In this document: in pieces, positions 49,371-62,572 of the stretch
Position numbering within the stretch: position 1 is the stretch's first letter
Layout of the letters: the number at the start of each line of letters is the position of its first letter
NCBI RefSeq assembly: GCF_963921235.1
Contig: NC_086108.1
Location: 18,600,001 to 18,664,000, forward strand
From: Mobula hypostoma
Taxonomy: Eukaryota
Reading direction: 5' to 3'
Length of the DNA: 64,000 bases
The notes under the pieces: model-generated
Told to the model about the DNA's origin: nothing
Database searches by the model: none
The model's input: the letters and a program-made list of their open reading frames with translations, nothing else
Translations under genes and position numbers: made by a program

Positions 49371-51331
49371 AACTGAAAGAAGAGCTAGTAAGAGATTTGA
49401 AAGTGGGAGGTGGGAGGGGGAAGGGGAGATCCAAAGTGATAGAAGACAGGAGGGGGAGGGATCTAGCCAAGAGCTGGACAGTTGATTGGCAAAAAGGATA
49501 TGAGAGGATCATGGGACAGGAGACCTAGGGAGAAAGAAAAGGGGGAGGGGGGAAAGCCCAGAGGATGGGCAAGGGGTATAGTGAGGGGGACAGAGGGAGA
49601 AAAAGGAGAGAGAGAGAGAGAAAAAGAATGTGTGTGTATATAAATAAATAACAAATGGGGTATGAGGGGGAGGTGGGGCATTAGCAGAAATTTGAGAAGT
49701 CAATGTTCATGCCATCAAGTTGGAGGCTACCCAGACGGAATATAAGGTGTTGTTCCTCCAACCTGAGTGTGGCTTCATCCTTACAGTAGAGGAGGCCGTG
49801 TATAGACATATCAGAATGGGAATGGGACGTGGAATTAAAATGTGTGGCCACCAGGAAATCCTGCTTTCTCTGGTGGCCAGAGCATAGGTGTTCAGTGAAA
49901 TAGTATCCCAGTCTGTGTCGGGTCTTGCCAATATATAGAAGGCCACATCGGGAGCACCGGACACAGTATGTCACCCCAGCAGACTCACAGGTGAAGTGTC
50001 ACCTCACCTGGAAGGACTGACTTCATTAACTTTGCCTCCAACTTTCACCCTGCCCTCAAGTTTACCTGGTCCATTTCTGACACCTCCCTCCCCTTTCTAG
50101 ATCTTTCTGTCTCTATCTCTGGAGACAGCTTATCTACTTAACCAATTTCCCCCAGGATCAATAAAGTATGACTATGACTGCTGTCTACAATAAGCCTACT
50201 GACTCTCACAGCTATCTGGACTATTCCTCTTCTCACCCTGTCTCTTGCAAAAATGCCATCCCCTTCTCGCAATTCCTCCGTCTCCACCACATCTGCTCTC
50301 AGGATGAGGCTTTTCATTCCAGGACGAAGGAGATGTCCTCCTTTTTTAAAGAAAGGGGCTTCCCTTCCTCCACTATCAACTCTGCTCTCAAATGCATCTC
50401 CCCCATTTCACGCACATCCGCTCTCACTCCATCCTCCCGCCACCCCACTAGGAAAAGGGTACCCCTTGTCCTCACCTACCACCCCACCAGCCTCCGGGTC
50501 CAACATATAATTCTCCGTAACTTCCACCACCTCCAACGGGATCCCACCACTAAGCACATCTTTCCCTCCACCCCCCCCCCCCCCCGGCTTTCCACAGGGA
50601 TTGCTCCCTACGCGACTCCCTTGTCCATTTGTCCCCCAATCCCTCTGCACCGATCTCCCTCACTACCATTCAGGGCCCCAGACAGTCCTTCCAGGTGAGG
50701 CAAAACTTCACCTGTGAGTCGGCTGGGGTGATATAGTGCGTCCAGTGCTCCTGATGTGGCCTTCTATATATTGGCGAGACCCGACGCAGACTGGGAGATC
50801 GTTTCGCTGAACATCTATGCTCTATCCACCAAAGAAAGCAGGATCTCCCAGTGGCCACACATTTTAATTCCACGTTCCATTCCCATTCTGATATGTCTAT
50901 CCATGGCCTCCTCTACTGTAAAGATGAAGCCATACTCAGGTTGGAGGAACAACACCTTATATTCCATCTGGATAGCCTCCAAACTGATGGCATGAACAAG
51001 GACTTCTCAAACTTCCGCTAATACCCCACCTCCCCCTCGTACCCCATCCGTTATTTATTTATATACACACACATTCTTTTTCACTCTCTCCTTTTTCTCC
51101 CCCTGTCCCCCTCACTATACCCCTCACTATACCCCTTGCCCATCCTCTAGGCTTCCCCCCCCCCCTTTCCTTTCTCCCTGGGCCTCCTGTCCCATGATCC
51201 TCTCATATCCCTTTTGCCAATCAACTGTCCAGCTCTTGGCTCCATCCCTCCCCCTCCTGTCTTCTCCTATCATTTCGGATCTCCCCCTCTCCCTCTCACT
51301 TTCAAATCTCTTATTAGCTCTTCTTTCAGTT

Positions 51332-51367
51332 AGTTCTGACGAAGGGTCCCGGCCTGAAACGTCGACT
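51332..51367 (+). ncRNA. Minimal hammerhead ribozyme motif
   Basis: AGTT-CTGACGA-AGGGTCCCGGCCT-GAAA-CGTC-GACT. Confidence 0.75.
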
Positions 51368-51789
51368 GTACCTCTTCCTAGAGATGCTGCCTGGCCTGCT
51401 GCATTCGCCAGCAACTTTTATATTTGATGGAATGATCTGTATGGATGGCATGCAGTACAAAGTTTTTCACTGCCTACTGTGACAATAATAAACAAATTTA
51501 CCCATCTACCAAAATCTTGGTCTCCTATATTAAGCAGCAAACATCATTGCCCTCTGGCCTGCAGTATATCCATTATTCTGATGGTGTCCTTGTTCCACTT
51601 TTTATAGACATTGTCTGACATACTGCATCATATCATTTTATTTCATTGAAAGGTGGATAAGATTTTTAATTGTGTTGTAAGTTACTCACAAAGCTTGCCC
51701 ATTTTTCTTCATTTCCCTTCCAAATAATATGATAGAGTTCATCCTGCAGCTTGAGAGGGGATGCTAAAATCAAATATAACAGTATTACA

Positions 51790-54700
51790 GTGAATTAAAG
51801 GGAATTACAAAGGCATGTGTTACGTACCCCGTAACTGGGTTGCCAAACCAGCAGAAATGGATCACTCAGTTGGAGTCCGGATTACTAGAACTAAGAAAGT
51901 TTTATTAAAGAAACAAGCAACACAGTACTCTAATCAAAAGGATAATGAATGCAACAGTTCAGCAATGATAAACATACATGTACACAGAATTAAGATAACA
52001 GGATCAATCAAGCTCTATCGTTGTCTAGGGGTAAACGACCAGTTTCAAAGTGATGCAAATTTCAGTTCAATTTAGTTCAGTTCAGTTCGCAGTAATCACT
52101 GCCGTGGCGATGGACAATGGGGGGAAGGAGAGAGAGAGAGAGCAAAACGAATGAATATTCAAAACGACTTCCACACAGACCTTCGCAGTCAGCTTTCGGG
52201 CGAGTCCTTTGTGATGTCATCTGAGGTCACCGACCGTGACCCCTCCGTTTCCAGATACGATCGTTTCTCTGCAGTGAATCCAGCACCCAGGCAAGGGTGG
52301 ACACACACCAGGTTCCCGCCGATCGTGCCTTTCCACCCTGAGCGTCTATGGCTTGATCCCGCGATCAGCCGTCCAAAAGCTTCCCACCGATTTGTGAGAG
52401 GCGCACCGCTTCCAGAGTCTCGTTACCTCGGGTGTCGTGTGTGTCGCCTTAGCGAACCTGTCCCTTTTTATCCCCCTACTGGGGTATCGCCTGTCCATCA
52501 CTTCAAACAGTTCGGGGTTCAAAGGGTGAGCCGCTCTTGACAGCTCTCCTTCCTTCATTAACATCTCCAAATGCTGCTTCATTGTTTTCCTTATCTCTCT
52601 CTCTCCTGAAGACAGGTGGCAGACCAACTGCTGATTCCACTGGTGCCAGCCCAGGCCAGCTACATCTTAACCTATGTGTATTCTTGTCACACATGAAAGA
52701 GGAGCTTGCCAAAGTTGATTGCAAGGAGACAATGGCAGAGATGTTGCCAGAGCGGTAATGGCTGGTGTATCTGGGAGCAATTTGGAAGGCACAGATGCAT
52801 CCTAAAGATGAAGAAATATTCCAAAAGGAGGATAAGGCAATAGTGGCTGACAAAGGAAGTCAAGTACAGCATAAGAGCAAAAGAGAAGGTATATAATATA
52901 GAAATATTTATTGGGAAGCTACAGGATTGAAAAACTTTTAAAAACCAACAGAAGGCAACTAAACCAATAAGGAGAGGAAAAAATGGAATATAGACACTAG
53001 CCAATAATATGAAAGAGTATACCAAAAGACTTTTCAGACATACAGGTATAAAGAGTAGAAGAGAAGCAAGAGTGGATACTGGACAACTGGAAAAAGATGC
53101 CGGTGAGGTCGTAAAGGGGGACAAAGAAATAGCGAAAAACCCAGTAAGTATTTTGCGTCAGTCTTCAATGTAGAAGACACCAACAGAATGCCAAAAATTC
53201 AAGAATTATCAGGGGATAGAAGTGAATGCAGTTGCTATTACTAAGGAGAAGGAGCAAGGGACACTGAAAGATCTGAGGTTAGATAAGTCAACTTAACCAG
53301 ATGGACTACATCCCAGGGTTTTGAAAGAGGTAGCTGAAAGAGATTGTGGCGGCATTAGTCTTTCAAGAATCACTAGATTCTTGGATGGTTCCTGAAGATT
53401 GGAAAACTGCAAATGCCACTCCATTCTTTAAGAGGAGATGGAGGCAGAAGACAGGAAAATATAGGCCAATTAGCCTGACTTCAATGGTTGGTAAGGTGTT
53501 GGAGTCCATTATTAAGGATAGGTTTTGTTCAAAGTTAGCATGTTTTCCTGAAGGGGATAAACAAAGGAGAGTCTGTGGATGCTGTGTACTTGATCTTCAG
53601 AGGGCCTTAGACTAGGTGCCGCACATGAGACTACAAAAAAGATAAGATCCCATGGTATAGCCAGAAAGGTACAGAAAAGGGAGCCATTTCTGGGTAGCTG
53701 CTAGTGACTAGAGGTGTTCCACAGGAGTTGATGTTTGAACTGCTATATGTCATGTAATAATGTGAATTATTTGGATGTGAAATTAATGGCTTTGTGGCTA
53801 AGTCTGTGGATGATATGAAGATAAGTGGAGGGGTAGGTAGTGTTGAGAAAACAGGGAGTCTACTGAAGAACAGATAGATTAGGAGAATGGGAAAAGAAGT
53901 GAAGATGGAATATAGTGTCAGAAAGTGCGTGGTAGAAGGAATAAAGGCATAGACTATTTTCTAAACAGGGAGAAAATTCAGAAATCAGAGGTGCAAAGGG
54001 ACTTGGGATTCCTTGTGCAGGATTCATTTTGGTAGAACTAATCAAAATAGGACATACATGGTAACCGGTAGGGCATTAAAGAATGCTTTAGAACAGAGGG
54101 ATCTAGGAGTAATGGTGCATAGTTCCCTGAAGATTGAATCCAATGTGGATAGGGCGGTGAAGAAAGCTTTTGCTTTGCTGGCCTTTATTAATCAGAGCAT
54201 TGAGTATAGGAGTTGGGATGTAATGTTGAATTTGTATAAGGCATTGGTAAGGCCAAATCTGGAGTATTGGGTACAGTTCTGGTCACCGAATTATAGGAAG
54301 AATGTCAATAAAATTGAGAGGGTACAGAGGAGGTTTACTAAAATGTTGCCTGGGTTTCATCCCCTAAGTTACAGAGGAAGGTTGAACAAGTTAAGTCTTT
54401 ATTCTTTGGAGCGTAGAAGGTCGAGGGGAGACTTGATAAAGGTGATTAAAATTATAAGGGGGATTCATAGAGTTGATGTGGTTAGACTTTTTCCATTGAG
54501 AGTGGGGAAGATTCAAACAAGAGGGCATGGGTTGAGAATTAGAGGACAAAAGTTTAGGGGTAACATCAGGGGGAACTTCTTTACTCAGAGAGTGGTGGCT
54601 GTGTGGAATGAGCTTCCAGCAGAAGTGGTTGAGGCAGGTTCTATGTTGTCGTTTAAAGTTAAATTGGATAGATATATGGACAGAAAAGGAATGGAGGGTT

Positions 54701-55505
54701 ATGGGCTGAGTGCAGGTCAGTGGAAATAGGATAGGATAAGAGTTCGGCATGGACTATAAAGGCCAAGATGGCCTGTTTCCATGCTGTAATTGTTATATGG
54801 TTATATATGATTCCCTAAAGATTAACTTGCAGGTTGAGTTGGTGGTGTGGAAGGCAAATGCGATGTTCCCATTCATTTCAAGAAGATTGAAATACAGAAG
54901 CAAGGATATAATGCTGAAGCTTTATAAGACATTGGTCAGACCGCAGTTCAAATATTATGAGCAATTTTGAACATTTTATCTATGAAAGGATGTGCTGGCA
55001 TTGGAGAGGATCTAAAGGAGTTTCGCGAGAATGATTCTATGAATGATATGGTTAATATATGAGGAGCATTTGATGGCTCTGGGCCTGTACTCACTGGAGT
55101 TTAGACGAATGAGGGGAGATTTCATGGAAACTTATTAAATATTGAAAGGCTGAGATAGAGTGGATGTGGAGTATTTTTCCTACAGTGTGGGAGTCTAGGA
55201 CCAGAGGGCACAAACTCAAAATAGAAGGTCTTCCATTTAGAACAGAGATGAGGAGGAATTACTTTAATCAAGTGGCAATGATTCTGTGAAATTAATTGCC
55301 ACAGATGGCTGTGGAGGCCAAATCATTTATATATTTAAAGTAGAGGTTGATAGATTCTTGATTAGTCAGGGTGTCAAAGATCATGGGAAGAAGGTGGGAG
55401 AATGGGGTTGAGAGGAATAATAAATCAGCCATGATGTAATGGTGGAGCAAACTCGATGAATTACATGGCCTAATTCTGCTCCTATGTCTTAAGGTCTGAT
55501 GGTCT
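51790..55505 (+). mobile_element. Old CR1 ORF2 remnant with nested solo LTR and nested younger CR1(+) 54026-54808
   Basis: YRPISLTSMVGKVLE; nested ORF 54013-54729; TSD GATTC (54021-54025, 54809-54813). Confidence 0.85.
51818..52691 (-). mobile_element. Solo LTR
   Basis: TG...CA termini; 4-bp TSD CATG (51814-51817, 52692-52695); reverse end GGGTACGTAACA resembles the end of 32316-33455. Confidence 0.9.
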
Positions 55506-56149
55506 ATTATACAGAAGACCAACCTAGGAAAATTTATCAGTCAGCTCTGAAGGGACTTAAAATGCTTCACCCCAATTTTGCTCATCTATTGAAGAGTCTC
55601 TCTCCCTGGAGATGGACACTATTGCATCACAGCACTTCAGCCTAAATCTTGGCATTTTTATGGCAGTTTGCCATTTGGGAATCACGGGTGTAAATATGTG
55701 TAAAATTTCCCTGTTACCACTTTGAAAGCAGTGAAGCAGTTAATTTAGATTGGTTTTGTCTCATTGGTACAAAAACACAAATAGGAATTTAAATGAAGCA
55801 TATTCTGGTCAACTTTAAGGAATTGATACTTAACCATCACCACTGTAATTACAATTCATTTTTCAGCAACCCCCAATAGTGCCACAATCTGTAAAAATGC
55901 ATAAGAATCACAAGAGAATTATATACAGTATATATATCAGAAGAACAAAACCTACAGAAGGGAAAGGTCAAGATTAAAGTGTTGCTCTGTTTTAAAACAT
56001 AGTGTGTACTGATTTAAAATCATAAGAAATATGGGGAGAAATTGCCCATCTGGCTCACTGTTGCTGCTCATTCATCAGGACTGTGGTTTCTCTTTGATCT
56101 GGGCTTTATATTCCTGCATTGTCCTCATATCCCTTTACAGAGAACAAAT

Positions 56150-58760
56150 AATGTAGAACAGTACAGCATAGTACTGGCCTTTTGGCCCACTATGTTGTGC
56201 CGACCACGTCCTTGATAAACTTACTCCATGATCGTCTAACTCTTCCCTTGCATAACCCTCTATTTCCCTATATCCATGCATCTATCTAAGTCTTGTAAAT
56301 GTTCCTTTTGTTATAGATTCTACCACCACAATTGGCAGTGCATTCCAGGCACCCACCCCTATCTGTGTAAAAAACCTACCTCTGACATCTCCCATCTCCA
56401 CTTAACTTAAACAAGTGTCTTCTGGGAGAAAATTCAGAAATCAGAGGTACAAAGGGACTATTAGAAAAAGGTGTTGACTATCCACTCCATCAGTTTATCT
56501 CATTACCTTGTGCACCTCTAACAAGTTGCCTCTCCACTCCAAAGAGAATAGCTCTAGCCCTAGCTTACTCAACTTTTCCTTATAAGACACGCTCTCTAAT
56601 CCAGGCAGCATCCTGGTAAATCTCCTCTGCGTCCTCTCTAAAGTGTCCACATCCTACCTAAAATAAGACCATAAGACATAGGAACAGAAATAGGCCAGTC
56701 CACCCATCGTTTGCTCTAGAATTCCATCATGAATCTTCTCAACACCATTTTCCTGCCTTCTACCTATAAACTTTTATGCCCTGATTAACCAAGAACTTAT
56801 CAATCTCTGCCTTACATATACCCAATGACTTGGCCTGTATAGCTGTCCATGGCAATGAATTCTACAGATTCACCACTATAGAGAAATTTTTCCTCATCTC
56901 TGTTCTAGATAGACGTCCCTGAATTCTGAGGCTGTGCCCTCTGGTCCTAGACTCCCCCACATTTAGGAAGCATCCTCTCCATATTGATTATATGGAGGCC
57001 TTTCAATATTTCATAGGTTTCAAAGAGATCCCCCTTCAGTTTTTTAAACTCTAACGAGTACAGGCCCAGAGCCATCAAACTCCCCTTATATGTTAACCCT
57101 TTCCTTCATGGGATCATTCTCGTGAAACCTCCTCTGCACTATCTCCAACGCCAGCACATCTTTTCATTGATAACAGCACAAAACTGTGCTCATAATTCTC
57201 CAAGTGCAGTCTGTCCAGTGCCTTATAAAACTTCAGCATTAAATCTTTGCTTTTGTATTCTAATCCTCTCAAAATGAAGGCTAACATTGTATTTGCCTTC
57301 CTTACACCAACTCAACCTGCATATTAACCTTTAGGGAATCCTGCACAAGGTCTCTCAAGTCTCTCTGCACCTCTAATTTTTGAATTGTATCCTATTTACA
57401 AAATAGTCCCCGCCTTTATCCCTTCTGCCAAAGCGCATGACCATGCACTTCCCTGCACTTCTTTGCCCATTCCTCCAATCTGTCTGTCCTTCTGCAGACT
57501 CCCTATTTCCCCAACACTACCTTCCCCTCCACCTATCTTCGTATTGTCTGCAAACTTGGCCCCAAAGCCATCAGTTCCTTCATCGAAATCATTGACATAT
57601 AACGGGGCAAGCAGAAGTGAACACAATGCTCTAAATGTTGTCTAACCAGAGTTTATCAAACTGCAGTATTATCCCATGGCTTTTGAACTCACTGACCCCT
57701 GACTTACTGAAGGCAAACATACCTTTTTAACCACCCTATAAACTTGCATAGCAGCTTTGAGGGATCTATAGACATGGACTCCAAGATCGCCATTCCCCCC
57801 ACCTGGCCAAGAATCCTGCCATTTGCCTTCCAAGTTTGATCTTCTGAAGTGTATCGCTTCACACTTTTCTGGATTGAACTCCATCTACCACTTTTCTACC
57901 CATCTTTGCATCCTTTCTATAACCTATTGTAACCAACAACAACATTCTGCACCTACAAACTTCTGAACCAACCCTTCCACTTCCTCATCCAAGTCATTAA
58001 TCAAAATCACAAAAAGCCAGAGTTCCTGAACAGATTGCTGTGGAACTCTACTAGTCACAGATCTCCAGGCAGAAGATACTGTACCCTCAAGAACCCTCTA
58101 GCTTCTCTGGGCAAGCCAGTTCTGAATCCACACAATCAAGTTCCCATGGACTTATGACTTTCAAATAATCCATATACACCTACATTCACCATCATACCTT
58201 CATTTTGTCACCTGTTCAGAAAATCTAGTTAGGCTAGTGAGGCACAACCTGCCACCCACAAAGCTACGCTGACTATTCCAAATAAGACTATGCTTCTCCA
58301 AATGCATATAAATCACATCCCTAAGAATCCTCTCGAATAGTTTACCCACCACTGATGTAAAACTCACTAGTCTATAATTCCCAGGATTATTCCTTTTCCC
58401 TTTCTTGAGCAACAGAGCAAAATTTGCCATCCTCCAATACCACTCCTTTGGCCAGAAAAGATGCAAAGATTATCGTTAATTCCTCAGCTATCTCCTCGAT
58501 AGTAACCTGGGGTATATCCCATCTGGCCCTGGGAACTTACTTATCTTAATATTTTCCAGAAAAACTAACACTACTTCTTTTTTAACCTTAACTAGCCTGT
58601 TCTATGCTGACCTCACATTCCTCAAAGTCCCTCTCTCCGGTGAACACTGAAGGAAAGTATTCATTAAGGACCTCCTCTCCCTCCTCCATCTCAAGCACGT
58701 TTCCCCTTTTATCCTTGAGTGATCCTACCCTCACTCTAGTTATCCTTGTGTTTTTCATCT
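56150..58760 (-). mobile_element. Decayed CR1(-) with nested CR1(-) at about 56663-57605
   Basis: Tails at about 56152 and 56663; KFADNTKIGG and NPGNYRLVSFTS on the minus strand. Confidence 0.85.
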
Positions 58761-58799
58761 AATGCGCAGTAATTCATTGATTTCTGTTGATGCAGTCTA

Positions 58800-59990
58800 T
58801 AAGAAGCATCCACTGCAGTCCAGAGTAGTGCATTCCAAAGGCTGATGACCCTCATGCGTGAAGAAATCTCTCCACATCTCAGTTATACATAAATAGTTTA
58901 CTTGTTATTCCAAGACTGTGACTCTGATTTTAGCCTTCTTAGCCATCCTCCCCACTTCCACCTTACCAAACCTACTAAGGATTTGCATACCATAATGAGA
59001 TCTCCTCTTATTCCTCTGAAATTAAGCAAATACAGGTTATTTAATGTTCATTCATAAGGAAATCCCACCACCCCAAGATAATCCTTGCTGCCCCACCCCC
59101 AGTGCAAATATGTTCTTTTTTAAGTGAAACCGTTAATATAACCCACAATACTTTGAGTATTTCTGAACAGCAACCAATTAAATGGAGTGAGACATCTTTA
59201 TTCTCGTGATTAAAGCATTGAACAATAGATGCCAGCATGCTGTACCATTTGTTATCCTAACTGTGTAATGAGTTGTGCACAAGGAAATTCCTAGAACATC
59301 AGCATTTCACAATCTCTCGCCAATTAGCAAGTAGTCATCAAGTTGTATAGCATAGAAACAGGCCCTTCCAATTGATCCATTCCAAACATAATTCCCATCT
59401 AAACTAGTCTTCCTTGCACACATTTCAAAGGGTTTGGAGTACATTTATTATCAAAGTATGCATGCAGTCACAACTGAGATTTGTCTTCCCGACAGACAGT
59501 CACAAAGCAAAGAAAACCATGGAACCCGTTCAGAGAAAAACATCAACAAACCCCACCTCCCAGCAAAAAAAATCATGCAAACGGCAATTAAAGAGGGAAA
59601 AACACAGAATATAAAAGACAAAATTGAAAGATCCCATATCCTCTGGACCTTTCCTATCCCTGTACCTGTTGAAGTAATTTCTAAACACCATTAATATACC
59701 TACATCAACCACTTCATCTGGCTCTTCAGTCCATGTACAGACCACCCTCTGAGTGAAGAGTTGTCCCTTAGATTCCTATTAAATCTGTCCTCTCTAATCC
59801 TCGACACCAAGAAAAGGGTTGTACTATCTATGCCCCTCATAATGTTATGTACCTTTGTAAGATTGCCCCTCATTATGCTAAGCTCCATTGAAAAAGGTTC
59901 CAAACTGCTAACTCTCTCCATAACTCAGTTCCTCAAGTGCCAGCAACAACCTTGTAAATCTGCTCTGCACCCTTTCCAACTCAACATGTC
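58800..59990 (-). mobile_element. Highly decayed CR1 3' fragments
   Basis: ORF 59700-59921 MRGNLTKVHNIMRGID and similar pieces. Confidence 0.65.
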
Positions 59991-60143
59991 AGTGTTTTTA
60001 ACCAGAGGAGTACCTTGCATTTTCCCAAACTCCACCCACCATGTTTTTGACATTCACTAAACTTGTTTGTATCTCCTTGAAGCAACACATATCAAATTTG
60101 CTGGTGAACGCAGCAGGCCAGGCAGCATCTCTAGGAAGAGGTA

Positions 60144-60179
60144 CAGTCGAAGTTTCGGGCCGAGACCCTTCATCAGGAC
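60144..60179 (-). ncRNA. Hammerhead ribozyme motif within a 105-bp insertion (60084-60188)
   Basis: GTC-CTGATGA-AGGGTCTCGGCCC-GAAA-CTTC-GACTG; 15-bp TSD GTATCTCCTTGAAGC (60069-60083, 60189-60203). Confidence 0.75.
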
Positions 60180-60631
60180 ACTTCATCAGTATCTCCTTGA
60201 AGCCTCTTTACATCATACCATAATCTGTATGGATGGTATGCAAAACAAAATCCTTTTATTGTATTTCATTACAAGTGACAATAATAAAGTAATAAAATAC
60301 AGTGTGTAATTAGCTAAATTGAAAACATTGTAATTGATCCACTTGACAAGATTGTTCACACAGATTGTCACTAATTGGGACAGCACCCGAATCCCTGTGG
60401 CACCCAAATAGTCTAAGCCTGCATCCCAAGAAGAACCTGCGTATCTCCCTGTAGTATGGTTCTATTAGTTTTTCCATCCCTTATATTAAGCTGCCCTATG
60501 TATAATTCCCAGGGCATGTTCCATTCTTTATCTCAGATCTCCATATACAATGGCCATCTACTGGTCTTCTGAAACTGTCCCAATTTTTTCAGGTAATAAC
60601 TGTTCTTCTGGAAAATATAATCAAGTCTCTG

Positions 60632-61404
60632 TCTCTGACCACTCTTCGCTGAACATTGATGACTCCTCCAGAGAGATCATTAAGAGCACCAAATTTCTTG
60701 GTGTTCACCTAGCGGAAAATCTCACCTGGTCCCTCAACACCAGCTCCATAGCAAAAAAAGCCCAGCAGCGTCTCTACTTTCTGCGGAGGCTGAGAAAAGT
60801 CCATCTCCCACACCCCATCCTCACCATATTCTACAGGGGTTGTATTGAGAGGATCCTGAGCAGCTGCATCACTGCCTGGTTCGGAAATTACACTATCTCG
60901 GATTGCAAGACCCTGCAGCAGATAGTGACGTCAGCTGAGAAGATCATCTCTTCCCACCATTACAGACATTTACACCACACGCTGTATCTGCAAAGCAAAC
61001 AGCATTATGAAGGACCGCACACACCCCTCATACAAACTCTTCTCCCTCCTGCCATCTGGCAGCAGGCACCGAAGTATTGGGGCTCTCACGACCAGACTAT
61101 GTAACAGTTTCTTCCCCCAAGTCATCAGACTCCTCAATACCCAGAGCCTGGACTGACACCAACCCACTGCCCTCTACTGTGCCTATTGTCTTGTTTATTA
61201 TTGATTGTAATGCCTGCACTGTTTTGTGCACTTTATGCAGTCCTGGGTAGGTCTGTAGTATAGTTTAGTTTTTGTGTTGTTTTATGTAGTTCAGTGTAGT
61301 TTTTGTATTGTTTGGGCCTGAACAACATTGGTCACTATGGTCTCCTGAAAAACGTTGTCTCGTTTTTACTGTGTACTGTACCAGCAGTTATGGTCGAAAT
61401 GACA
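60632..61404 (+). mobile_element. Rex1/Babar 3' fragment
   Basis: [35 protein letters not shown] plus (GACTT)n tail. Confidence 0.9.
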
Positions 61405-61481
61405 ATAAAAAGTGACTTGACTTGTTAGCACTTTCCCTGCTATTTCTGAATCTGCAGTTCATTCAGATCACACTTACTTAC

Positions 61482-61622
61482 CTTTGTTGAGGTTGGTTAG
61501 TTTGCTTAATCCTTCCATGTTCGTTTTAAATGCAGCTACATCATTTTTATTTTCACCTTCCGCTCCTGATCCCTGCTCAACACCGGAGGAGAAGGAATAT
61601 TGTGTCATATCCCTTGCCACTG
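61482..61622 (-). CDS. Candidate host exon of unknown gene (VARDMTQYSFSSGVEQGSGAEGENKNDVAAFKTNMEGLSKLTNLNK)
   Basis: TTTTCAG acceptor, AAG|GTAAGT donor, 141 nt symmetric phase 1/1 open frame. Confidence 0.25.
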
Positions 61623-62429
61623 CTGAAAATTTTAGTCTGACTGATGTCTTTTATCTTTTCCTGAGTGCTTAAAGAATGTTTACAACACCTCCTTGTTACC
61701 ACTGGCCTACGATCAATGGATCTATGTACTCTCCATGTAAACTGTGTGTAACTGGGAGTGATGGGAAACGTGCACATACCCCAACACTCTCCTATAGTGT
61801 CTGATCAACACTATCGGCCTTGAGACAAATTGCATTTGAATGCTTTGTGCTGGAAAGTAAATGCACAGAGCCCTTGGTACCTGCTGATTTACAACCCGCA
61901 TGAGATCCACCACTTCAGACTTGTTCCAGTGCGGATAGGGTAGCAATCGAGGTACTCAAGAGGTCGGGCTGTATTTGCAAATGGAACTGATTGGAGTGTG
62001 GCTGGAGCTTAGACTGGGGTCAGAGCCGAGTTTGCAGAAACCAGGGGGAGGGAACATGGGTGTGTTCAGCAGCTGCAGCTGGGATCTGGAATCAATCTAA
62101 ACTTCAGTTCATTTTGACAAGCGGAGACTTACATAGAACTTGTTCTGTCCAACGAAGAGTTGACCACCGTGTGGCGTTACAACCACAGTGTCATTGCCAG
62201 CATACATAGTAGAATCTGCATTTTCTTGTTAACCAAGGAACTCTTTGCCTTCACAAATAATGAGCGAGAACTTGGTGCAAATAGTTAGCTTCAAGTTGGT
62301 GGTGTGACAGAGACGGTCTGCCACAAGAATTTCTTCCCCTCCCCCCGAAATAATAATATTTTCATTATCCCTGTCTAGCAGAGCTGACATTGGGTGCATG
62401 TACGAAGCTAACATGCAGCATGAACTTAC

Positions 62430-62572
62430 AGACTTGCACACTGCAGGGCAGTAAGGTTCTTTGACACGACCTGAGTGATGGGTGGGAGTCTTTAAAAAGG
62501 TGCCCAATTGTGGTGGTCAGTGCTGGCTCAGTGGAAGAGTTGATTTTCAGGGATGAGCCAAAGTGCTGGCTC
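62430..62572 (-). CDS. Candidate host exon of unknown gene (SQHFGSSLKINSSTEPALTTTIGHLFKDSHPSLRSCQRTLLPCSVQV)
   Basis: CTAAC branch-like motif plus CATTTTCCAG acceptor, GTAAGT donor, one open frame, phase-compatible with 61482-61622. Confidence 0.22.

Larger units (their letters stand above)
49240..51420. mobile_element. Penelope-like element with long inverted 5' segment (minus arm 49240-50020, plus arm 50021-51420)
   Basis: RT C-terminus VYNKPTDSHSYLDYSSSHP..AIPFSQFLRL; GIY-YIG YCVRCSRCGLLYIGKT..VATHFN; hammerhead motifs at 49335-49370(-) and 51332-51367(+); degenerate TSD TGATGAAACAATCT / TGATGGAATGATCT. Confidence 0.92.

Noticed and set aside
61969..61983. CTGTATTTGCAAATG (LYLQM), as in immunoglobulin VH framework 3
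   Set aside because: No flanking YYC, Trp/Cys framework or RSS
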